Positions 34,459 through 43,390 of a stretch of 44,443 nucleotides of DNA are shown here, piece after piece. A program made the translations under genes and the position numbers. The notes beneath the pieces are model-generated. The model saw only the letters and a list, made by a program, of their open reading frames with translations, searched no databases and was not told the DNA's origin. Origin of the DNA: a virus. The stretch lies in UHGV virus genome UHGV-0035288; one strand, given 5' to 3'. Each line of letters begins with the position of its first letter. Position 1 is the stretch's first letter.

Positions 34459-34974
34459 ATGTTTGAACAAATCGTAAACCTGATTACTCGCGGCGTAGTA
34501 GCACTGGAAACCATCGCTAAGCATTATGAAACCGTTGGCGCTGCCGTTGGTAAGCAGGAAGACAAGAAGCCGTCTAAGGTGAAAAAAGAAGTCGTAGAAG
34601 ATGACGACGATGAAACCGAAGACGAAAAACCGGCGAAAACCAAAAAATCCACAGCGAAAGGCAAGGCCAAAAAAGAAGTCGTAGAAGATGACGACGATGA
34701 AGCCGAAGACGAAAAACCAGCGAAGGGTAAAAAAGCTCCGGCGAAAGGCAAAGGCAAGAAAGATGCCGATCCGCTGGCGGAGATGCGCGACGAAATCAAA
34801 CAATATGCCGCTATTATCGCTGGTGGTGACGACGACGACGCGAACGACGAATTTGACGACCTGCTGGAATCGTTCGAGATCAAATCAATCGCCAAGCTGG
34901 AAGATGAAGACGTCGAAGACTTCCACAAAGATCTTAAAGAAATCGTCGAAACTTATTTCGAACTGGAAGATTAA
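34459..34974 (+). CDS. highly acidic tandem-repeat protein (first early gene)
   Basis: GGAGA SD then ATG 34459; 171 aa; duplicated block KEVVEDDDDE(T/A)EDEKPAK (DNA repeat at about 34584-34634 and 34668-34718); strongly acidic overall. Confidence 0.6.
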   Translation: MFEQIVNLITRGVVALETIAKHYETVGAAVGKQEDKKPSKVKKEVVEDDDDETEDEKPAKTKKSTAKGKAKKEVVEDDDDEAEDEKPAKGKKAPAKGKGKKDADPLAEMRDEIKQYAAIIAGGDDDDANDEFDDLLESFEIKSIAKLEDEDVEDFHKDLKEIVETYFELED

Positions 34975-34981
34975 TATTATC

Positions 34982-35009
34982 CGGCCCGCTAATCTGCGGG
35001 CCTCTTTTT
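34982..35009 (+). terminator. rho-independent terminator
   Basis: GGCCCGC-TAATCT-GCGGGCC hairpin followed by TCTTTTT. Confidence 0.6.
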
Positions 35010-35022
35010 AGAGGACGAGACA

Positions 35023-35274
35023 ATGGCACGATTCACGCTAATCGAGGCGGTGGATTCCCGCGACCAGCGCCCGTACTATTGGCTATTCGAACGCATCGGC
35101 AGCTTTCAGTCACGAGTTGCCGTAATAGATAAACGCCGTAACACCCCCGCGCAAATTAAGCGCACCACCTTTACTAACCCCGACTTTTATATTTGGGCGG
35201 ACTCCAATCTGGAATATGTTCGCTTCGCCGTTGCGTCCGAAGCAAAAACAATTGACCGCTGGGAGACAAAATAA
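35023..35274 (+). CDS. hypothetical protein
   Basis: GAGGA SD then ATG 35023; 83 aa. Confidence 0.5.
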   Translation: MARFTLIEAVDSRDQRPYYWLFERIGSFQSRVAVIDKRRNTPAQIKRTTFTNPDFYIWADSNLEYVRFAVASEAKTIDRWETK

Positions 35275-35463
35275 ATGGCTATATTCTTTGTTTTATTTCG
35301 TTGCCGTATTACCGGCGATGAGCAACCGGAAATCGTTATGAATCAGAACTGGAATTGCTGCTGGACTCAAGCCAGAGGTTTGGCGGCTACCATGAACGAA
35401 GCCGCGAAGCGGGCTGGGGTTAAACATGAATATTACATTGCTCAGTTTTCAAGGGTGGAATAA
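35275..35463 (+). CDS. hypothetical small protein
   Basis: 62 aa; ATG directly after upstream stop; Cys/Trp-rich; weak. Confidence 0.35.
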   Translation: MAIFFVLFRCRITGDEQPEIVMNQNWNCCWTQARGLAATMNEAAKRAGVKHEYYIAQFSRVE

Positions 35464-36893
35464 TGGCAATTAAACCAAAACGTAAAACGCAATCCGGTAG
35501 CAATACGGAACACTCATTACTTGGGCCATCCGGTGCTAAAAAGTGGATGGGTTGCCCTGCTGCCCTGGTGGTGGAAAAAGATATCCCGAACGAATCCGGG
35601 CAAGCCGCGATTAACGGTACGAGTATGCACACCGTATCTGAAGTGGTGCTAAACCGCATTATCGCCGGGGAGAAGCTGATAACCGCGAAGACGTATAAAG
35701 GGTGCTACGTCGAGAACGAAGGCAAGGGGCCGGTAAAGGCACACCCGAAAGCACCGAAAGGCGGCGTACTGGTCAACGACGACATGGTGAAACAGTGCGA
35801 CGCGTACATCGACCACTGGCGACCGCTCCTCGAAGTGGCGGAGTTTGTTCAGCTTGAGATGCGCGCCGATCTGACCCGCGTCCTTCACTCAGGCTACGAG
35901 ATCGACGGCAACAGGATTAAAACGTTCGGTACTGCCGATATGGTCATGGTCATGAAAAAGACCGATGGGACGTACATGCTGATTGTTGGCGACCTGAAGA
36001 CCGGGCGGCATAAGGTCGAGGCGAAAGAGAACAAACAGCTTATGTTGTACGCGCTCGGCCTGCTGCGCAAGCTGCAAACTATGTACGACATTACGACCGT
36101 GCGCCTGGTTATCTTCCAGCCGTATTGCGGTGGGGCGTCGGAGTGGGATATTTCGGTAGAAGCTCTGGAGATATTCGCGAAGTTTGCATCCAAGCGCGCT
36201 ATTGCCGCACTGGAGGCGTATTCCCGAGGCAAGAAGGGGCTTACCCGTGCCGACTTCCGCCCCAGCGTTGATGCGTGCCAGTGGTGCCGATTTGCGGATC
36301 AGTGTAGTGCCCGCGCTAAGGCCGCAATCGACACGATGACACCCCCAACGGCAACCGACGAAGACCTGGGCGACGACGTGAGTATTGCGACAGAGGAAGA
36401 ATGCGCCAACCATGACCGCAATATGGCCCGCGAAGCCAGGAAGGCGGCACGACGTGCGAAGCGCGGTAAGAAAGAAGCGGCCCCCGGTGCTATGAGCGCG
36501 GCGGAACTGCGCAAGGCTTATGAAGGCCTGGACGCAATGCGCCAGCACATCAAGGCTATCGAGTCCGCGGTATTCAAGGCGGTCATGGCGGGCGAAGGCG
36601 AATCGCTGGGCCTTAAGATGGTTGCCGGTAAGGAAGGGATCCGTAAGTGGGCGGACGAGAGCGAAGTGATTGAAATCTTCACGAAGGCCCGGATCAAGCG
36701 CGATGTGATGTACAAAGAAACATTGCTCAGCCCGACAGATGCCGAGAAGGTATTGAAGGACGAAAAACCAAAAGTGTGGGCGAAGCTGTGTGATAAAATC
36801 ACGCGCGCACCTGCCAAACCGGTGTTAGCTCCAATCGACGACCCGCGCCCTGCGTGGTCGGAAGCTACTGACGAGGACTTAAGCAATGAATAA
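35463..36893 (+). CDS. PD-(D/E)XK-type nuclease (DUF2800-like, Cas4/RecB-like)
   Basis: 476 aa; N-terminus HSLLGPSGAKKWMGCPA is the characteristic start of this family; C-terminal Cys cluster (CQWCRFADQC); TAATG coupling to upstream gene. Confidence 0.65.
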   Translation: MAIKPKRKTQSGSNTEHSLLGPSGAKKWMGCPAALVVEKDIPNESGQAAINGTSMHTVSEVVLNRIIAGEKLITAKTYKGCYVENEGKGPVKAHPKAPKGGVLVNDDMVKQCDAYIDHWRPLLEVAEFVQLEMRADLTRVLHSGYEIDGNRIKTFGTADMVMVMKKTDGTYMLIVGDLKTGRHKVEAKENKQLMLYALGLLRKLQTMYDITTVRLVIFQPYCGGASEWDISVEALEIFAKFASKRAIAALEAYSRGKKGLTRADFRPSVDACQWCRFADQCSARAKAAIDTMTPPTATDEDLGDDVSIATEEECANHDRNMAREARKAARRAKRGKKEAAPGAMSAAELRKAYEGLDAMRQHIKAIESAVFKAVMAGEGESLGLKMVAGKEGIRKWADESEVIEIFTKARIKRDVMYKETLLSPTDAEKVLKDEKPKVWAKLCDKITRAPAKPVLAPIDDPRPAWSEATDEDLSNE

Positions 36894-37128
36894 AGTATTC
36901 GCAATCTTATTGATGTTTTTGCTCGGCGCGCTGGGCTTTATCCTGCATTGCGTGCAAGGCGTGTTAATGGTGGCGTGGATGATTCGCCATCCGACCCGCT
37001 GGCTGGATGACGGCTATAGCGAAGTTGCCGTCGATTGGGTGGAAAAGAACATCGAACGCCCGCCGCTAAGCTGGATCGAGAACGCTACCAACTACGTGAC
37101 CAGAAATCTTTTTAATGAAAATGCTTGA
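36886..37128 (+). CDS. small membrane protein
   Basis: 80 aa; GAGGA SD; hydrophobic N-terminus (VFAILLMFLLGALGFIL). Confidence 0.4.
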   Translation: MNKVFAILLMFLLGALGFILHCVQGVLMVAWMIRHPTRWLDDGYSEVAVDWVEKNIERPPLSWIENATNYVTRNLFNENA

Positions 37129-37153
37129 CCGCTTAGGCGCAACCAAGTAGATT
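37125..37153 (+). promoter_or_regulatory. sigma70-like promoter (TTGACC-17-TAGATT) with GCAACCAAG motifs
   Basis: -35 at 37125-37130, -10 at 37148-37153; GCAACCAAG at 37137-37147 and 37154-37163. Confidence 0.5.
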
Positions 37154-37218
37154 AGCAACCAAGCCGAACGGGGTGGCTTCCAATAACCCCGATACATGTG
37201 AAAATGAGGAATTGGAAA

Positions 37219-37998
37219 ATGGCTAAAGTCAACCTGAAAAATGTGCGTGTATGTTTCCTTAAAATTTGGGAACGTGATACCCCTAAACAGGATGGACAAA
37301 AACCGGCATACCGCGCCGTGATTCTTCTTGATAAAGAAGATCCGCAGGTGGACAAAGTGGAAGCGGCAGCGCGCGCAGTGCTCACCGACAAGCTGAAATC
37401 CGAGAAGAATGCCGATAAGTGGATGGACCGCCACTACGCCCAGGATTCTAAGGAATGCGCAGTCCGCGACGGTGACGAGCGCGACGAAGTAACCGAAGAA
37501 TTCGAAGGCATGTTGTACATCAACGCTAAATCGTTCAAACAGCCGAACATCCAAACGTCACTGGGCGAGAAGCAGACCGAGCAAGGTCTGACCGTAGAAG
37601 GCGACGAGATCGAAGGCCAGGAAATCTATTCCGGTTGTTATTGCAACGTGTCACTGGATATTTGGGCGTGGAACAACACCAACGGTAAGGGACTCGGTGC
37701 TGGTCTTTTGGGTCTGCGATTCCGCGTCGACGGCGAAGCCTTCGGCGGTGGCGGGTCTTCTTGCTCGGACGAGGACCTGGGCGACGATGACGAAGATGAA
37801 AGCCCGCGCAAGTCCAAAAAGTCAAAACGTCGTGATGACGATGATGAAGACGACAAGCCGCGCAAGTCCAAAAAGTCCAAGCGCCGCGATGACGACGACG
37901 ATGATGAAACACCTCGCAAACGTCGTAAGCCACGCGATGACGAAGATGAGGACGACGACGACGAAGACAAAGCACCGCGTAAACGTCGCCGCCGTTAA
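37219..37998 (+). CDS. single-stranded DNA-binding protein (DUF2815-like) with Lys/Arg-Asp/Glu repeat tail
   Basis: Track start is GTG 37198; ATG 37219 has GAGGA SD. N-terminus MAKVNLKNVRV typical of this SSB family; C-terminal 90 aa are alternating basic/acidic repeats (PRKSKKSKRRDDDDEDD x2, ending KRRRR). Confidence 0.6.
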   Translation: MAKVNLKNVRVCFLKIWERDTPKQDGQKPAYRAVILLDKEDPQVDKVEAAARAVLTDKLKSEKNADKWMDRHYAQDSKECAVRDGDERDEVTEEFEGMLYINAKSFKQPNIQTSLGEKQTEQGLTVEGDEIEGQEIYSGCYCNVSLDIWAWNNTNGKGLGAGLLGLRFRVDGEAFGGGGSSCSDEDLGDDDEDESPRKSKKSKRRDDDDEDDKPRKSKKSKRRDDDDDDETPRKRRKPRDDEDEDDDDEDKAPRKRRRR

Positions 37999-38017
37999 GG
38001 GCAAAGCCCACTATTCA

Positions 38018-38041
38018 AGCCCGCTTAATGCGGGCTTTTTA
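38018..38041 (+). terminator. rho-independent terminator
   Basis: AGCCCGC-TTAAT-GCGGGCT followed by T5. Confidence 0.65.
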
Positions 38042-38056
38042 ATAGGACAATGAAAA

Positions 38057-38227
38057 ATGCGCATTAAAGCCAGCGAAGTAAAAGTCGGAATGCAGGTATG
38101 GTCCAAATTGCTGGGCGAGTATTTCACCGTTGCCGAGATTCGCAACAATGGCGAAGAGATTGCCCTGTCTGACGGCATCTTCTCCATGATCGGCAGCGCT
38201 GACGCCGTAGTGAGGATTAAGCAATGA
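38057..38227 (+). CDS. small hypothetical protein (56 aa)
   Basis: AGGA SD then ATG 38057; MRIKASEVKVGMQVWSKLLGEYFTVAEIRNNGEEIALSDGIFSMIGSADAVVRIKQ; stop overlaps polymerase ATG (ATGA); below ORF-track cutoff. Confidence 0.4.
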   Translation: MRIKASEVKVGMQVWSKLLGEYFTVAEIRNNGEEIALSDGIFSMIGSADAVVRIKQ

Positions 38228-40515
38228 AAGACTTCGAACGCCTTTTTCTCGATACCGAGACATTTAGCGGGGTGGACCTGAAGAAAGTGGGCGCATACGC
38301 CTACGCAGAACACCCAACAACCGAGATTATGATTTGCACGTACGCCATAGACGAGGGCCGCGTGCAGACATGGGATTGCACCGAGTCCCCAACAATGCCG
38401 CGTGAACTGCGCAAGGCGCTCCGCCAGGTATCCCGCAAGAAAGCAAAAATAGTGATGGCTAACGGCCTCCTGTTTGACCGCCTGGTTATTCGCGAGAAGT
38501 GGGGCATTGACCTGCCGGTAGGCCAGATCGAGGATACCATGATTATGGCCTTTCGCCACGCGCTGCCGGGTAGCCTCGATATGCAGTGCCAGGTGTTGGG
38601 CGTCGACGCAGAGCACGCGAAGGATAAGGCGGGCAAGGCGCTGATCAAACGATTCTGTAAGCCAACCCCCAAGACCTACAAAATCCGCCGCTACACGCGC
38701 GAGACGCACCCCGAGGAGTGGGCTAAATTCCTGCGCTATGCCGCACTGGATATTATAGCGATGAGGGAAGTCTATTGGCGCATACCGGACTGGGGTAACA
38801 CGCCGAAGGAAGATGAAATCCTGCTTATTGACCAGTTGATCAACGACCGCGGCTTCTATGTGGACGTTGACCTGGCGAACGCCGCGATCAAAGCGGTGCA
38901 GGCGCATAAGGAAGAATTGAAGGAAGAAGCATGGGAGCGCTTCGGCGGTAAGCTGACAGGCAATGACTTCCTGCCAGCGCTGCGCGACCTGGCGCCTGCG
39001 TTCACAATCCACAACGCGCAGAAATCCACGCTTAACGACCTGCTGGAAGACCCGGACTTCCCCGACGAGGGCAAAGTGCTTATCGAGATGCGCCTCGGTG
39101 CGTCATCAACGGCATCGACTAAGTACAATCCGCTCGTTAATGGCTTATCCGCAGATGGTCGCCGTCGTGGGTGTCTCCAGTATGGCGGGGCGAAACGCAC
39201 GCTACGCTGGGCGGGCAAAGGCTTCCAGCCGCAAAACCTGGCACGCGGCGAGTATAGCGACGACCACGAAGGGAAGATTAAGCGCCGTGAAGGCGAGAGC
39301 GACGTTTCTTTTTGGGTCCGGTCGCACATGCTCACCAACGGCATCAACTCCCTGTTACGCGGGACAGCGCACTGGGCGTATGACATATCGAAGTTAACGG
39401 CCTCGACCGTTCGCGGGTGCATTATCCCGGCTAAGGGCAAGAAGTTTGTTGTAGCTGACTATTCTAACGTGGAAGGTCGCGGGCTTGCCTGGATCGCTGG
39501 TGAGAAAACCGCGCTAATGGTGTTTAGGGCGGGTCGCGATATCTATTGTGAAACTGCCGGTAAGATGTTTGGCCTCGACCCGGAATACATCAAAGCCAAC
39601 CGCAAAGACTTACGCCAGATTGGTAAGGCGTGCGAATTGGGGCTGGGTTATGGTGGCGGCGTTGCGGCGTTCCTGCAGTTTGCTAAAAACCTGGGCCTCG
39701 ACCTGTATGCGATGGCGGACGTCATGAAGGGCACATTCCCCGATCATATTTGGGCAGCGGCGAAACGGGGCTATGAATACGCCCGCATTAACGAAGCTAA
39801 GCGCCCGCCGAAGCCTGGCAAGAAAGACGAGCGCCCAACTTACATACTGCCGAAAAACGTGTGGTTGACGTGTGACGCGATCAAACGTATGTGGCGTGAG
39901 GCCCACCCGAAGACGGTAGCCTTTTGGGCAGAGCTTGAGGACGCGGTGTTGTGCGCAATCCGCAATCCGGGCAAAGCATACTGGGCTGGCGCGAACGTTC
40001 GCCCGGATGGTAAGAAAGCGCTCAAGATAGTCCGCACGAAGGCGAAGCATGACCCAACCTTCGACGAGGAGCGCGACGACCCGAACGCCGCAGGGTGGTG
40101 GTTGAAAATTGAGTTGCCGTCAGGGCGCATCATGAGCTATCCGGGCATTGCGCTGTCTGTCACTACCGAGATCGACGAAGATACCGGCAAGAAACGCACC
40201 AGCACCCGCATCAAATACCAGGGCGAGAATCAGACGACGCGCCAGTGGGGCTTCCAGTATACCTACGGCGGCAAACTGACGGAAAACATCGTGCAGGCGC
40301 TGTGTCGCGATATCCTCGCGTGGTCCATGCCTGGCGTTGAAGCCGCGGGGTATGAAATAGTCTTATCAGTGCACGATGAATTGATCACCGAAGTTCCGGA
40401 TACTGACGACTACACTACCGAGGAATTGTGCTCGCTGATGTGTGACCTGCCGATTTGGGCGAAAGGCTTCCCGCTTGCTGCGGAAGGCGACATTATGTAC
40501 AGGTACAGGAAATAA
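38224..40515 (+). CDS. DNA polymerase, family A, with N-terminal 3'-5' exonuclease domain
   Basis: 763 aa; GAGGA SD; Exo I motif FLDTETFSG near N-terminus; polymerase motif C SVHDELITEV near C-terminus. Confidence 0.9.
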   Translation: MKDFERLFLDTETFSGVDLKKVGAYAYAEHPTTEIMICTYAIDEGRVQTWDCTESPTMPRELRKALRQVSRKKAKIVMANGLLFDRLVIREKWGIDLPVGQIEDTMIMAFRHALPGSLDMQCQVLGVDAEHAKDKAGKALIKRFCKPTPKTYKIRRYTRETHPEEWAKFLRYAALDIIAMREVYWRIPDWGNTPKEDEILLIDQLINDRGFYVDVDLANAAIKAVQAHKEELKEEAWERFGGKLTGNDFLPALRDLAPAFTIHNAQKSTLNDLLEDPDFPDEGKVLIEMRLGASSTASTKYNPLVNGLSADGRRRGCLQYGGAKRTLRWAGKGFQPQNLARGEYSDDHEGKIKRREGESDVSFWVRSHMLTNGINSLLRGTAHWAYDISKLTASTVRGCIIPAKGKKFVVADYSNVEGRGLAWIAGEKTALMVFRAGRDIYCETAGKMFGLDPEYIKANRKDLRQIGKACELGLGYGGGVAAFLQFAKNLGLDLYAMADVMKGTFPDHIWAAAKRGYEYARINEAKRPPKPGKKDERPTYILPKNVWLTCDAIKRMWREAHPKTVAFWAELEDAVLCAIRNPGKAYWAGANVRPDGKKALKIVRTKAKHDPTFDEERDDPNAAGWWLKIELPSGRIMSYPGIALSVTTEIDEDTGKKRTSTRIKYQGENQTTRQWGFQYTYGGKLTENIVQALCRDILAWSMPGVEAAGYEIVLSVHDELITEVPDTDDYTTEELCSLMCDLPIWAKGFPLAAEGDIMYRYRK

Positions 40516-40793
40516 TGACACCAGAAGGCAAGATTCAAAGTCACCTGATGCGACGGGTGAAAGAGGTAGGCGGATTCTGCCGCAAAATGGCATGGGAGGG
40601 GCGCGCGGGTGCGCCCGATCTGATTATCATCATCAACGGCAAAATAGTGTTCGTCGAAGTGAAGCGCCCGGGCGGAAAACCGAAGCCACACCAGGTACGC
40701 GAGCATGAGCGGATGGCCCGCCGCGGTGCGGACGTTCGCGTCATAGACAACATCGCCTACTGTGATTTATTGGTTGCTGAATTGGTCGCATAG
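40515..40793 (+). CDS. VRR-NUC domain nuclease
   Basis: ATG 40515 overlaps polymerase stop (TAATG), AGGA SD; 92 aa; PD-(D/E)XK core PDLIIIINGKIVFVEVKRPGGKP...QVREHERM. Confidence 0.65.
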   Translation: MTPEGKIQSHLMRRVKEVGGFCRKMAWEGRAGAPDLIIIINGKIVFVEVKRPGGKPKPHQVREHERMARRGADVRVIDNIAYCDLLVAELVA

Positions 40794-40802
40794 CGGTATA
40801 GT
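40774..40802 (+). promoter_or_regulatory. sigma70-like promoter (TTGCTG-17-TATAGT) overlapping TTGGTTGC motifs
   Basis: TTGGTTGC 40770-40777 and TTGGTCGCA 40782-40790; inside the 3' end of the VRR-NUC gene. Confidence 0.45.
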
Positions 40803-40833
40803 GTGCCGGTTAGCCATATCGAGGATTTTATAG

Positions 40834-41007
40834 ATGATTGAAGAAAAACGTTGCAGTAATTGCGGCTGCGTTAAACCGCTATCCCAGTTCCACAAATACA
40901 CCGGTAAGACTGCACGCAGCCCGGACGGGTATCGTGCCGAGTGCAAATCATGCCGCAATAAAAAAGAGCGCGAACGGCAGCGCCGCTACCGCGCAGAGCA
41001 AAAATAA
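40834..41007 (+). CDS. small Cys-rich zinc-ribbon-like protein (57 aa)
   Basis: GAGGA SD then ATG 40834; CSNCGC...ECKSC then basic tail KKERERQRRYRAEQK; own promoter and terminator; below ORF-track cutoff. Confidence 0.45.
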   Translation: MIEEKRCSNCGCVKPLSQFHKYTGKTARSPDGYRAECKSCRNKKERERQRRYRAEQK

Positions 41008-41014
41008 TTAATAC

Positions 41015-41038
41015 GGCGGGCTTGTCCCGCCATTTTTG
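41015..41038 (+). terminator. rho-independent terminator
   Basis: GGCGGG-CTTGT-CCCGCC hairpin followed by ATTTTT. Confidence 0.6.
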
Positions 41039-41050
41039 GTGGACATGACG

Positions 41051-41269
41051 ATGAAAGATCATTACCGACTCACCAAGCTGGGCGAATGTAAACCGGGCGA
41101 TCGCGTATGGTTTATTGCGGGCATGAATGACCCGCTGCCGTTGACGGTATGCTGGCAAAAATTTAAGAGCTTCCGGGCGACGGGTGTGCACATCGGGCAC
41201 CGCACCAACTACGACGCCACAAAAAGGAATTGGAACAGTGAAACCGAAGTCTGGAAAAAGGCGGAATAA
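41051..41269 (+). CDS. hypothetical protein
   Basis: Track start is TTG 41036; ATG 41051 has GGTGGA SD 7 nt upstream; 72 aa. Confidence 0.45.
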   Translation: MKDHYRLTKLGECKPGDRVWFIAGMNDPLPLTVCWQKFKSFRATGVHIGHRTNYDATKRNWNSETEVWKKAE

Positions 41270-41273
41270 AGAT

Positions 41274-42698
41274 ATGGCACGTTTCCGACGTCGCGAATAT
41301 CAGAAGTTGATAACCGCGTTCATCCTCAAGCATAAGCGATGCAATATATGGGCGACAATGGGGTCGGGTAAAACCGGCGCGACTATGTGGGCGCTGAATA
41401 AAATGTTCCAGACTGGTATCCTGTCCAACCAGGAGGACCGAGTATTGGTGCTGGCCCCGCTGCGCGTTGCATCCGGCACATGGCCCCCGGAACAGGAAAA
41501 ATGGCGCTTCCCCGCCTTGCTGGTAGTAGATGGCACTGGGTCGGAGAAGGACCGCATCGCCGCGCTTGAGAGCGACGCTAACGTGGTTTGTATCAACTAT
41601 GATGTAGTTGAGTGGCTTGTTGAGTATTGCGGCGACGAGTGGCCCTTTACGGTCGTGGTTGCCGATGAATCAACTAAGCTGAAAGGCTATCGAAGCAAGC
41701 AGGGGAGTAAGCGCGCCCGTGCGCTGGCAGCGATCGCACATAAGCGCGTCAAGCGCTGGATTAACCTAACCGGCACACCCGCACCAAACGGACTGAAAGA
41801 CCTATGGGGTCAGACGTGGTTTGTCGACGGTGGCGAACGCCTCGGCAGTAGCTATAAGGCATTCACGGATCGCTGGTTTATTAGCAAGCCGGTTAAGCCT
41901 GGCAGCTTCACTATGCAGCACGCCCCGCTAAAAAACTCCGAGAAAGAAATACAACAACGTCTGTCCGACGTATCCCTTACCGTTGACGCGGCTGAATACT
42001 TCGGATGTGACAAGCCAATCTATACGCCTGTTGTTGTGGACCTGCCTAAGAAAGCCCGCAAAATATACGACCAGTTCGAAGCGGAGCTATTTGCTGAACT
42101 GGAAAGCGGAACTGTGGAGGCCGCGAACGCTGCGTCGAAGACTATTAAGTGCCTTCAGCTTGCTTCGGGTGCCGTGTATAAAGTCGACGAAGACGGCGAG
42201 CGCACTGATGAATGGGTGAAAATTCACGACGCCAAACTGGACGCGCTGGAAAGTATCGTGGAGGAGTTGAACGGCGCGCCGTTGCTCGTCGCATACCAGT
42301 ACAAGCATGATCTGGCGCGTCTCAAGAAGAAATTCCCGCACGGCGTAGCGATGGGTAAGGGTAAGCAAGGGAATAAGGATATGGAAGCGTGGAACAGGGG
42401 CGAGATCCCCATCATGTTTGCACACCCGGCATCGGCGGGTCACGGACTTAACCTGCAGGACGGCGGACACCACCTTGCTATCTTCTCAGACACATGGAAC
42501 TTTGAGCACTTTTCGCAGATCGTGGAGCGTATCGGGCCGGTTCGCCAGATGCAAGCCGGGCACCCCCGTCCAGTATTTGTCTACATTATCCAGGCGCGCG
42601 GCACACTGGACGAACTGGTCGCCGAGCGTCGCGACAGTAAGCGCGATATTCAGGACGATTTGATGGAATACATGAAAGCTAAAAAGGCGCGCAAATGA
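41274..42698 (+). CDS. SNF2-family (DEAD/DEAH-like) helicase/ATPase
   Basis: Start moved to ATG 41274; 474 aa; Walker A MGSGKTGAT, DExx box VVADESTKLKG. Confidence 0.8.
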   Translation: MARFRRREYQKLITAFILKHKRCNIWATMGSGKTGATMWALNKMFQTGILSNQEDRVLVLAPLRVASGTWPPEQEKWRFPALLVVDGTGSEKDRIAALESDANVVCINYDVVEWLVEYCGDEWPFTVVVADESTKLKGYRSKQGSKRARALAAIAHKRVKRWINLTGTPAPNGLKDLWGQTWFVDGGERLGSSYKAFTDRWFISKPVKPGSFTMQHAPLKNSEKEIQQRLSDVSLTVDAAEYFGCDKPIYTPVVVDLPKKARKIYDQFEAELFAELESGTVEAANAASKTIKCLQLASGAVYKVDEDGERTDEWVKIHDAKLDALESIVEELNGAPLLVAYQYKHDLARLKKKFPHGVAMGKGKQGNKDMEAWNRGEIPIMFAHPASAGHGLNLQDGGHHLAIFSDTWNFEHFSQIVERIGPVRQMQAGHPRPVFVYIIQARGTLDELVAERRDSKRDIQDDLMEYMKAKKARK

Positions 42699-43390
42699 TA
42701 ATCTGGTCATTGTTTGACGGCAGCGGCTTGATGATTGAGCGTGCTGCCGAGGTGGGGCATAAGTGTTATTGCTTCAACTACTCCGAAGCCGACCACGGGT
42801 CGTACCTGGACTACCGGATTTATGGTCGCGGGATCCGATATCGCAATGAGTTTATTGATCTTGACTTTGTAGACCGCGCGATGAATGGCGATTTCGGTAC
42901 GCCGGATATCATCTACGCATTCCCGCCGTGTACTGATCTGGCGGTGAGCGGTGCACCAGCTTTCCCGCGTAAGCGTGCAAAAGACCCCGCCTTTCAGCTT
43001 AAGGCGGTGCGCACCGCGAAGATCGCCGCTTACCTGGGTGACTTCTTCGAAGTGCCATATATGATTGAGAATCCGCGCAGCGTGCTTTCCACACAGTGGC
43101 GTAAGCCAGACCACTCGTTTGACCCGTGGGAGTATGGTGGCTATCTGCCGGAGGATGACGTACACCCGTTGTTCCCGGAATACATCAACGCCCGCGATTC
43201 ATATCCGAAGCTGACCTGCTTATGGACCGGCAACGGCTTCCGTATGCCCGAGAAGAAACCTGTTTTCGTTGAAAAAGGGTACTCGAAGCAGTATAGTCGC
43301 CTCGGTGGTAAATCCGCTCGTACAAAATTAATCCGCTCACTCACCCCGCGCGGCTTCGCGATAGCAGTCAATGAGGAAAATTTAAAATGA
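42695..43390 (+). CDS. short DNA cytosine-C5 methyltransferase-like protein
   Basis: 231 aa; ATGA coupling to helicase; motif I-like SLFDGSG, motif IV-like FPPCTDLAVSG (catalytic Pro-Cys), ENV-like IENPRSV; too short for a canonical target-recognition domain. Confidence 0.5.
   Translation: MIIWSLFDGSGLMIERAAEVGHKCYCFNYSEADHGSYLDYRIYGRGIRYRNEFIDLDFVDRAMNGDFGTPDIIYAFPPCTDLAVSGAPAFPRKRAKDPAFQLKAVRTAKIAAYLGDFFEVPYMIENPRSVLSTQWRKPDHSFDPWEYGGYLPEDDVHPLFPEYINARDSYPKLTCLWTGNGFRMPEKKPVFVEKGYSKQYSRLGGKSARTKLIRSLTPRGFAIAVNEENLK

Noticed and set aside
34229-34477. 82-aa ORF in the early leader region
   Set aside because: Its first ATG (34277) is downstream of the promoter but has no SD, and the frame runs into the acidic-protein gene out of frame; treated as untranslated leader.
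41184-41273. N-terminal 30 codons of the track's helicase ORF
   Set aside because: They overlap the preceding gene in another frame; an ATG with SD at 41274 right after that gene's stop gives a canonical Walker A-containing N-terminus.
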